Shown here in pieces: positions 1-11,000 of a DNA stretch of 64,000 nt. Each line of letters begins with the position of its first letter. The first letter of the stretch is position 1. The notes beneath the pieces are model-generated. The model was not told where the DNA came from, did no database searches, and saw nothing but the letters and a program-made list of their open reading frames with translations. Origin of the DNA: Auanema rhodensis (lineage: Eukaryota > Animalia > Nematoda); the NCBI GenBank assembly GCA_964057225.1, contig OZ059897.1:2728001-2792000 (forward strand), in the 5' to 3' direction. The translations under genes were made by a program, and so were the position numbers.

Positions 1-205
1 TTGTCTTGAAAAAAGAAATCTAAAAACATCTACTTTTTGTGAAATTATTTAGAAATTTTTCGGGAAACTTTTTGTCAAAATGTTTTTGGAAGCAATGTTG
101 AGTGTACATGGGAACTCAACATACACTAATGCATTATTTTTCAAACGATCATAACTAAATTTTGTATAGAGCGTTTCTTAATGTAGTATAGTGCATTCGA
201 TGCGG

Positions 206-256
206 ATTTTTAAGCTGCGTTGATCTGTGTTATCAGATTTGCGCTAGCTTAAAAAT
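206..256. other. Per-monomer 51-bp imperfect inverted repeat (example copy)
   Basis: ATTTTTAAGCT (206-216) and AGCTTAAAAAT (246-256) are perfect 11-bp arms enclosing ATCTG...CAGAT. The sequence is observed directly; function is unknown. Confidence 0.8.
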
Positions 257-1497
257 GCTCCGAGATATCAACTTATATAAGTTCACACTTATATCCTCGA
301 TTTTCACCCTGAAGAATCAATTTTTTCGTTGAATAACATTGTCCATCGTCTTTGCCTTGAAAAAAGAAATATAAAAACTCCTACTTTTTGTGAAATTATT
401 TAGAAATTTTTCGGGAAAATTTTTGTCAAAATGTTTTTGGAAGCAATGTTGAGTGTACATGGGAACTCAACATACACTAATGCATTATTTTTCAAACGAT
501 CATAACTAATTTTTGTATAGAGCGTTTCTCATTGTAGTATAGTGCATTCGATGCGGATTTTTAAGCTGCGTCGATCTGTGTTATCAGATTTGCGCTAGCT
601 TAAAAATGCTCCGAGATATCAACTTATATAAGTTCACACTTATATCCTCGATTTTCACCCTGAAGAATTAATTTTTTCGTTGAATAACATTGTCCATCGT
701 CTTCGCCTTGAAAAAAGGAATCTAAAAACATTCACTTTTTGTGAAATTATTCAGAAATTTTTCGGGAAAATTTTTGTCAAAATGTTTTTGGAAGCAATGT
801 TGAGTGTACATGGGAACTCAGCATACACTAATGCATTATTTTTCAAACGATCATAACTAATTTTTGTATAGAGCGTTTCTCAATGTAGTATAGTGCATTC
901 GATGAGGATTTTTAAGCTGCGTCGATCTGTGTTATCAGATTTGAGGTAGCTTAAAAATGCACCGAGATATCAACTGATATATGTTCACACTTATATCCTC
1001 AATTTTCACCCTGAAGAAATGATTTTTTCGTTGAAAAACATTGTCCATCGTATTCGTCTTGAAAAAAAGAATCTAAAAACATCTACTTTTGTAAAATTAT
1101 TTAGAAATTTTTCGGGAAAATTTTTGTCAAAATGTTTTTGGAAGCAATGTTGAGTGCACATGGGAACTCAACATACACTAATGCATTATTTTTCAAACTA
1201 TCATAACTAATTTTTGTATAGAGCGTTTCTCAATGTCCTATAGTGCATTCGATGCGAATTTTTAAGCTGCGTTGATCTGTGTTATCTCATTTGAGTTAAC
1301 TTAAAAATGCACCGAGATATCAACTGATATAGGTTCACACTTATATCCTCGATTTTCACCCTGAAGAAATGATTTTTTCGTTGAAAAACATTGTCCATCG
1401 TCTTCGTCTTGAAAAAAGAAATCTAAAAACATCTACTTTTTGTGAAATTATTCAGAAATTTTTCGGGAAAATTTTTGTCAAAATGTTTTTGGAAGCA

Positions 1498-1539
1498 ATG
1501 TTGAGTGTACATGGGAACTCAACATACACTAATGCATTA
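1498..1539. other. Per-monomer 9-bp inverted repeat plus 10-bp palindrome (example copy)
   Basis: ATGTTGAGT (1498-1506) pairs with ACTCAACAT (1517-1525) around a 10-nt loop. TAATGCATTA spans 1530-1539. Confidence 0.8.
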
Positions 1540-1719
1540 TTTTTCAAACGATCATAACTAATTTTTGTATAGAGCGTTTCTTAATGTAGTATAGTGCATT
1601 CGATGCGGATTTTTAAGCTGCGTCGATCTGTGATATCAGATTTGAGTTAACTTAAAAATGCACCGAGATATCAACTGATATATGTTCTCACTTATATCCT
1701 CGATTTTCACCCTGAAGAA

Positions 1720-2070
1720 ATGATTTTTTCGTTGAATAACATTGTCCATCGTCTTTGTCTTGAAAAAAGAAATCTAAAAACATCTACTTTTTGTGAAATT
1801 ATTTAGAAATTTTTCGGGAAACTTTTTGTCAAAATGTTTTTGGAAGCAATGTTGAGTGTACATGGGAACTCAACATACACTAATGCATTATTTTTCAAAC
1901 GATCATAACTAATTTTTGTATAGAGCGTTTCTCAATGTAGTATAGTGCATTCGATGCGGATTTTTAAGCTGCGTTGATCTGTGTTATCAGATTTGAGTTA
2001 GCTTAAAAATGCACCGAGATATCAACTGATATAGGTTCACACTTATATCCTCGATTTTCACCCTGAAGAA
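1720..2070 (+). repeat. Representative 351-bp monomer (arbitrary phase starting after CCCTGAAGAA)
   Basis: Runs ATGATTTTTTCGTTGAATAAC...GGGAACTCAACATACACTAATGCATTA...TTCACCCTGAAGAA. About 110 of 351 bases are G+C, with many A/T tracts. Confidence 0.97.
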
Positions 2071-5000
2071 TTAATTTTTTCGTTGAATAACATTGTCCAT
2101 CGTCTTTGCCTTGAAAAAAGAAATCTAAAAACATCTACTTTTCGTGAAATTATTTAGAAATTTTTCGGGAAAATTTTTGTCACAATGTTTTTGGAAGCAA
2201 TGTTAAGTGTACATGGGAACTCAACACACACTAATGCATTATTTTTCAAACGATCATAACTAATTTTTGTATTAAGCTTTTCTCAATGTAGTATAGTGCA
2301 GTCGATGCGGATTTTTAAGCTGCGTCGATCTGTATTATCAGATTTGCGCTAGCTTAAAAATGCTCCGAGATATCAACTTATATAAGTTCACACTTATATC
2401 CTCGATTTTCACCCTGAAGAATTGATTTTTTCGTTGAATAACATTGTCCATCGTCTTTGCCTTGAAAAAAGGAATCTAAAAACATTTACTTTTTGTGAAA
2501 TTATTCAGAAATTTTTCGGGAAAATTTTTGTCAAAATGTTTTTGGAAGCAATGTTGAGTGTACATGGGAACTCAACATACACTAATGCATTATTTTTCAA
2601 ACGATCATGACTAATTTTTGTATGGAGCGTTTCTCAATGTAGTATAGTGCATTCGATGCGGATTTTTAAGCTGCGTTGATCTGTGTTATCAGATTTGAGT
2701 TAGCTTAAAAATGCACCGAGATATCAGCTGATATATGTTCACACATATATCCTCGATTTTCACCCTGAAGAAATGATTTTTTCGTTGAATAACATTGTCC
2801 ATCGTCTTCGTCTTGAAAAAAGGAATCTAAAAACATCTACTTTTTGTGAAATTATTCAGAAATTTTTCGGGAAAATTTTTGTCAAAATGTTTTTGGAAGC
2901 AATGTTGAGTGTACATGGGAACTCAACATACACTAATGCATTATTTTTCAAACGATCATAACTAATTTTTGTATAGAGCGTTTCTCAATGTAGTATAGTG
3001 CATTCGATGCGGATTTTTAAGCTGCGTTGATCTGTGTTATCAGATTTGAGTTAACTTAAAAATGCACCGAGATATCAACTGATATATGTTCACACTTATA
3101 TCCTCGATTTTCACCCTGAAGAAATGATTTTTTCGTTGAATAACATTGTCCATCGTCTTTGCCTTGAAAAAAGAAATCTAAAAACATCTACTTTTTGTGA
3201 AATTATTTAGAAATTTTTCGGGAAACTTTTTGTCAAAATGTTTTTGGAAGCAATGTTGAGTGTACATGGGAACTCAACATACACTAATGCATTATTTTTC
3301 AAACGATCATAACTAATTTTTGTATAGAGCGTTTCTCAATGTAGTATAGTGCATTCGATGCGGATTTTTAAGCTGCGTTGATCTGTGTTATCAGATTTGA
3401 GTTAGCTTAAAAATGCACCGAGATATCAACTGATATAGGTTCACACTTATATCCTCGATTTTCACCCTGAAGAATTAATTTTTTCGTTGAATAACATTGT
3501 CCATCGTCTTTGCCTTGAAAAAAGGAATCTAAAAACATTTACTTTTTGTGAAATTATTCAGAAATTTTTCGGGAAAATTTTTGTCAAAATGTTTTTGGAA
3601 GCAATGTTGAGTGTACATGGGAACTCAACATACACTAATGCATTATTTTTCAAACGATCATAACTAATTTTTGTATAGAGCGTTTCTCAATGTAGTATAG
3701 TGCATTCGATGCGGATTTTTAAGCTGCGTCGATCTGTGTTATCAGATTTGAGTTAGCTTAAAAATGCACCGAGATATCAACTGATATAGGTTCACACTTA
3801 TATCCTCGATTTTCACCCTGAAGAAATGATTTTTTCGTTGAATAACATTGTCCATCGTCTTCGTCTTGAAAAAAAAAATCTAAAAACATCTACTTTTTGT
3901 GAAATTATTCAGAAATTTTTCGGGAAAATTTTTGTCAAAATGTTTTTGGAAGCAATGTTGAGTGTACATGGGAACTCAACATACACTAATGCATTATTTT
4001 TCAAACGATCATAACTAATTTTTGTATAGAGCGTTTCTCAATGTAGTATAGTGCATTCGATGCGGATTTTTAAGCTGCGTCGATCTGTGTTATCAGATTT
4101 GAGTTAGCTTAAAAATGCACCGAGATATCAACTGATATAGGTTCACACTTATATCCTCGATTTTCACCCTGAAGAATTAATTTTTTCGTTGAATAACATT
4201 GTCCATCGTCTTTGCCTTGAAAAAAGAAATCTAAAAACATCTACTTTTCGTGAAATTATTTAGAAATTTTTCGGGAAAATTTTTGTCACAATGTTTTTGG
4301 AAGCAATGTTAAGTGTACATGGGAACTCAACACACACTAATGCATTATTTTTCAAACGATCATAACTAATTTTTGTATTAAGCTTTTCTCAATGTAGTAT
4401 AGTGCAGTCGATGCGGATTTTTAAGCTGCGTCGATCTGTATTATCAGATTTGCGCTAGCTTAAAAATGCTCCGAGATATCAACTTATATAAGTTCACACT
4501 TATATCCTCGATTTTCACCCTGAAGAATTGATTTTTTCGTTGAATAACATTGTCCATCGTCTTTGCCTTGAAAAAAGGAATCTAAAAACATTTACTTTTT
4601 GTGAAATTATTCAGAAATTTTTCGGGAAAATTTTTGTCAAAATGTTTTTGGAAGCAATGTTGAGTGTACATGGGAACTCAACATACACTAATGCATTATT
4701 TTTCAAACGATCATAACTAATTTTTGTATAGAGCGTTTCTCATTGTAGTATAGTGCATTCGATGCGGATTTTTAAGCTGCGTCGATCTGTGTTATCAGAT
4801 TTGCGCTAGCTTAAAAATGCTCCGAGATATCAACTTATATAAGTTCACACTTATATCCTCGATTTTCACCCTGAAGAATTAATTTTTTCGTTGAATAACA
4901 TTGTCCATCGTCTTCGCCTTGAAAAAAGGAATCTAAAAACATTCACTTTTTGTGAAATTATTCAGAAATTTTTCGGGAAAATTTTTGTCAAAATGTTTTT

Positions 5001-8000
5001 GGAAGCAATGTTGAGTGTACATGGGAACTCAGCATACACTAATGCATTATTTTTCAAACGATCATAACTAATTTTTGTATAGAGCGTTTCTCAATGTAGT
5101 ATAGTGCATTCGATGAGGATTTTTAAGCTGCGTCGATCTGTGTTATCAGATTTGAGGTAGCTTAAAAATGCACCGAGATATCAACTGATATATGTTCACA
5201 CTTATATCCTCAATTTTCACCCTGAAGAAATGATTTTTTCGTTGAAAAACATTGTCCATCGTATTCGTCTTGAAAAAAAGAATCTAAAAACATCTACTTT
5301 TGTAAAATTATTTAGAATTTTTTCGGGAAAATTTTTGTCAAAATGTTTTTGGAAGCAATGTTGAGTGCACATGGGAACTCAACATACACTAATGCATTAT
5401 TTTTCAAACTATCATAACTAATTTTTGTATAGAGCGTTTCTCAATGTCCTATAGTGCATTCGATGCGAATTTTTAAGCTGCGTTGATCTGTGTTATCTCA
5501 TTTGAGTTAACTTAAAAATGCACCGAGATATCAACTGATATAGGTTCACACTTATATCCTCGATTTTCACCCTGAAGAAATGATTTTTTCGTTGAAAAAC
5601 ATTGTCCATCGTCTTCGTCTTGAAAAAAGAAATCTAAAAACATCTACTTTTTGTGAAATTATTCAGAAATTTTTCGGGAAAATTTTTGTCAAAATGTTTT
5701 TGGAAGCAATGTTGAGTGTACATGGGAACTCAACATACACTAATGCATTATTTTTCAAACGATCATGACTAATTTTTGTATGGAGCGTTTCTCAATGTAG
5801 TATAGTGCATTCGATGCGGATTTTTAAGCTGCGTTGATCTGTGTTATCAGATTTGAGTTAGCTTAAAAATGCACCGAGATATCAGCTGATATATGTTCAC
5901 ACTTATATCCTCGATTTTCACCCTGAAGAAATGATTTTTTCGTTGAATAACATTGTCCATCGTCTTTGTCTTGAAAAAAGGAATCTAAAAACATCTACTT
6001 TTTGTGAAATTATTCAGAAATTTTTCGGGAAAATTTTTGTCAAAATGTTTTTGGAAGCAATGTTGAGTGTACATGGGAACTCAACATACACTAATGCATT
6101 ATTTTTCAAACGATCATAACTAATTTTTGTATAGAGCGTTTCTTAATGTAGTATAGTGCATTCGATGCGGATTTTTAAGCTGCGTCGATCTGTGATATCA
6201 GATTTGAGTTAACTTAAAAATGCACCGAGATATCAACTGATATATGTTCTCACTTATATCCTCGATTTTCACCCTGAAGAAATGATTTTTTCGTTGAATA
6301 ACATTGTCCATCGTCTTTGTCTTGAAAAAAGAAATCTAAAAACATCTACTTTTTGTGAAATTATTTAGAAATTTTTCGGGAAACTTTTTGTCAAAATGTT
6401 TTTGGAAGCAATGTTGAGTGTACATGGGAACTCAACATACACTAATGCATTATTTTTCAAACGATCATAACTAATTTTTGTATAGAGCGTTTCTCAATGT
6501 AGTATAGTGCATTCGATGCGGATTTTTAAGCTGCGTTGATCTGTGTTATCAGATTTGAGTTAGCTTAAAAATGCACCGAGATATCAACTGATATAGGTTC
6601 ACACTTATATCCTCGATTTTCACCCTGAAGAATTAATTTTTTCGTTGAATAACATTGTCCATCGTCTTTGCCTTGAAAAAAGAAATCTAAAAACATCTAC
6701 TTTTCGTGAAATTATTTAGAAATTTTTCGGGAAAATTTTTGTCACAATGTTTTTGGAAGCAATGTTAAGTGTACATGGGAACTCAACACACACTAATGCA
6801 TTATTTTTCAAACGATCATAACTAATTTTTGTATTAAGCTTTTCTCAATGTAGTATAGTGCAGTCGATGCGGATTTTTAAGCTGCGTCGATCTGTATTAT
6901 CAGATTTGCGCTAGCTTAAAAATGCTCCGAGATATCAACTTATATAAGTTCACACTTATATCCTCGATTTTCACCCTGAAGAATTGATTTTTTCGTTGAA
7001 TAACATTGTCCATCGTCTTTGCCTTGAAAAAAGGAATCTAAAAACATTTACTTTTTGTGAAATTATTCAGAAATTTTTCGGGAAAATTTTTGTCAAAATG
7101 TTTTTGGAAGCAATGTTGAGTGTACATGGGAACTCAACATACACTAATGCATTATTTTTCAAACGATCATGACTAATTTTTGTATGGAGCGTTTCTCAAT
7201 GTAGTATAGTGCATTCGATGCGGATTTTTAAGCTGCGTTGATCTGTGTTATCAGATTTGAGTTAGCTTAAAAATGCACCGAGATATCAGCTGATATATGT
7301 TCACACTTATATCCTCGATTTTCACCCTGAAGAAATGATTTTTTCGTTGAATAACATTGTCCATCGTCTTCGTCTTGAAAAAAGGAATCTAAAAACATCT
7401 ACTTTTTGTGAAATTATTCAGAAATTTTTCGGGAAAATTTTTGTCAAAATGTTTTTGGAAGCAATGTTGAGTGTACATGGGAACTCAACATACACTAATG
7501 CATTATTTTTCAAACGATCATAACTAATTTTTGTATAGAGCGTTTCTCAATGTAGTATAGTGCATTCGATGCGGATTTTTAAGCTGCGTTGATCTGTGTT
7601 ATCAGATTTGAGTTAACTTAAAAATGCACCGAGATATCAACTGATATATGTTCACACTTATATCCTCGATTTTCACCCTGAAGAAATGATTTTTTCGTTG
7701 AATAACATTGTCCATCGTCTTTGCCTTGAAAAAAGAAATCTAAAAACATCTACTTTTTGTGAAATTATTTAGAAATTTTTCGGGAAACTTTTTGTCAAAA
7801 TGTTTTTGGAAGCAATGTTGAGTGTACATGGGAACTCAACATACACTAATGCATTATTTTTCAAACGATCATAACTAATTTTTGTATAGAGCGTTTCTCA
7901 ATGTAGTATAGTGCATTCGATGCGGATTTTTAAGCTGCGTTGATCTGTGTTATCAGATTTGAGTTAGCTTAAAAATGCACCGAGATATCAACTGATATAG

Positions 8001-8049
8001 GTTCACACTTATATCCTCGATTTTCACCCTGAAGAATTAATTTTTTCGT

Positions 8050-11000
8050 TGAATAACATTGTCCATCGTCTTTGCCTTGAAAAAAGGAATCTAAAAACAT
8101 TTACTTTTTGTGAAATTATTCAGAAATTTTTCGGGAAAATTTTTGTCAAAATGTTTTTGGAAGCAATGTTGAGTGTACATGGGAACTCAACATACACTAA
8201 TGCATTATTTTTCAAACGATCATAACTAATTTTTGTATAGAGCGTTTCTCAATGTAGTATAGTGCATTCGATGCGGATTTTTAAGCTGCGTCGATCTGTG
8301 TTATCAGATTTGAGTTAGCTTAAAAATGCACCGAGATATCAACTGATATAGGTTCACACTTATATCCTCGATTTTCACCCTGAAGAAATGATTTTTTCGT
8401 TGAATAACATTGTCCATCGTCTTCGTCTTGAAAAAAAAAATCTAAAAACTTCTACTTTTTGTGAAATTATTCAGAAATTTTTCGGGAAAATTTTTGTCAA
8501 AATGTTTTTGGAAGCAATGTTGAGTGTACATGGGAACTCAACATACACTAATGCATTATTTTCAAACGATCATAACTAATTTTTGTATAGAGCGTTTCTC
8601 AATGTAGTATAGTGCATTCGATGCGGATTTTTAAGCTGCGTTGATCTGTGTTATCAGATTTGAGTTAACTTAAAAATGCACCGAGATATCAACTGATATA
8701 TGTTCACACTTATATCCTCGATTTTCACCCTGAAGAAATGATTTTTTCGTTGAATAACATTGTCCATCGTCTTTGCCTTGAAAAAAGAAATCTAAAAACT
8801 CCTACTTTTTGTGAAATTATTTAGAAATTTTTCGGGAAAATTTTTGTCAAAATGTTTTTGGAAGCAATGTTGAGTGTACATGGGAACTCAACATACACTA
8901 ATGCATTATTTTTCAAACGATCATAACTAATTTTTGTATAGAGCGTTTCTTAATGTAGTATAGTGCATTCGATGCGGATTTTTAAGCTGCGTTGATCTGT
9001 GTTATCAGATTTGCGCTAGCTTAAAAATGCTCCGAGATATCAACTTATATAAGTTCACACTTATATCCTCGATTTTCACCCTGAAGAATTAATTTTTTCG
9101 TTGAATAACATTGTCCATCGTCTTTGCCTTGAAAAAAGAAATCTAAAAACATCTACTTTTTGTGAAATTATTTAGAAATTTTTCGGGAAAATTTTTGTCA
9201 CAATGTTTTTGGAAGCAATGTTAAGTGTACATGGGAACTCAACACACACTAATGCATTATTTTTCAAACGATCATAACTAATTTTTGTATTAAGCTTTTC
9301 TCAATGTAGTATAGTGCAGTCGATGCGGATTTTTAAGCTGCGTCGATCTGTGTTATCAGATTTGCGCTAGCTTAAAAATGCTCCGAGATATCAACTTATA
9401 TAAGTTCACACTTATATCCTCGATTTTAACCCTGAAGAATTAATTTTTTCGTTGAATAACATTGTCCATCGTCTTTGCCTTGAAAAGGGAATCTAAAAAC
9501 ATTTACTTTTTGTGAAATTATTCAGAAATTTTTCGGGAAAATTTTTGTCAAAATGTTTTTGGAAGCAATGTTGAGTGTACATGGGAACTCAACATACACT
9601 AATGCATTATTTTTCAAACGATCATAACTAATTTTTGTATAGAGCGTTCCTTAATGTAGTATAGTGCATTCGATGCGGATTTTTAAGCTGCGTTGATCTG
9701 TGTTATCAGATTTGCGCTAGCTTAAAAATGCTCCGAGATATCAACTTATATAAGTTCACACTTATATCCTCGATTTTCACCCTGAAGAATTAATTTTTTC
9801 GTTGAATAACATTGTCCATCGTCTTTGCCTTGAAAAAAGAAATCTAAAAACTCCTACTTTTTGTGAAATTATGTAGAAATTTTTCTGGAAAATTTTTGTC
9901 AAAATGTTTTTGGAAGCAATGTTGAGTGTACATGGGAACTCAACATACACTAATGCATTATTTTTCAAACGATCATAACTAATTTTTGTATAGAGCGTTT
10001 CTCAATGTAGTATAGTGCATTCGATGCGGATTTTTAAGCTGCGTCGATCTGTGTTATCAGATTTGAGGTAGCTTAAAAATGCACCGAGATATCAACTGAT
10101 ATATGTTCACACTTATATCCTCGATTTTCACCCTGAAGAAATGATTTTTTCGTTGAATAACATTGTCCATCGTCTTTGTCTTGAAAAAAGAAATCTAAAA
10201 ACATCTACTTTTTGTGAAATTATTTAGAAATTTTTCGGGAAAATTTTTGTCAAAATGTTTTTGGAAGCAATGTTGAGTGCACATGGGAACTCAACATACA
10301 CTAATGCATTATTTTTCAAACGATCATAACTAATTTTTGTATAGAGCGTTTCTCAATGTCGTATAGTGCATTCGATGCGAATTTTTAAGCTGCGTTGATC
10401 TGTGTTATCTGATTTGAGTTAACTTAAAAATGCACCGAGATATCAACTGATATATGTTCACACTTATATCCTCGATTTTCACCCTGAAGAATTAATTTTT
10501 TCGTTAAATAACATTGTCCATCGCCTTTGCCTTGAAAAAAGGAATCTAAAAACATCTACTTTTTGTGAAATTATTCAGAAATTTTTCGGGAAAATTTTTG
10601 TCAAAATGTTTTTGGAAGCAATGTTGAGTGTACATGGGAACTCAACATACACTAATGCATTATTTTTCAAACGATCATAACTAATTTTTGTATAGAGCGT
10701 TTCTCAATGTAGTATAGTGCATTCGATGCGGATTTTTAAGCTGCGTCGATCTGTGTTATCAGATTTGAGTTAGCTTAAAAATGCACCGAGATATCAACTG
10801 ATATAGGTTCACACTTATATCCTCGATTTTCACCCTGAAGAAATGATTTTTTCGTTGAATAACATTGTCCATCGTCTTCGTCTTGAAAAAAAAAATCTAA
10901 AAACATCTACTTTTTGTGAAATTATTCAGAAATTTTTCGGGAAAATTTTTGTCAAAATGTTTTTGGAAGCAATGTTGAGTGTACATGGGAACTCAACATA

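Noticed and set aside
1376-1392. CENP-B box-like motif TTTCGTTGAAAAACATT
   Set aside because: It matches the TTCG half of YTTCGTTGGAARCGGGA but lacks the essential CGGG. The rare TTCG-AAATTTTT-CGGG allele has 8-nt rather than 7-nt spacing.
1720-2070. Monomer as a dimer of ~175-bp subunits
   Set aside because: No convincing similarity between the halves by eye. A sensitive self-alignment could still reveal an ancient one.
8555-8565. Single-T deletion in the monomer at 8388 as a meaningful variant
   Set aside because: It is a singleton in a homopolymer and absent from the duplicate at 20317, so it may be a sequencing or consensus error.
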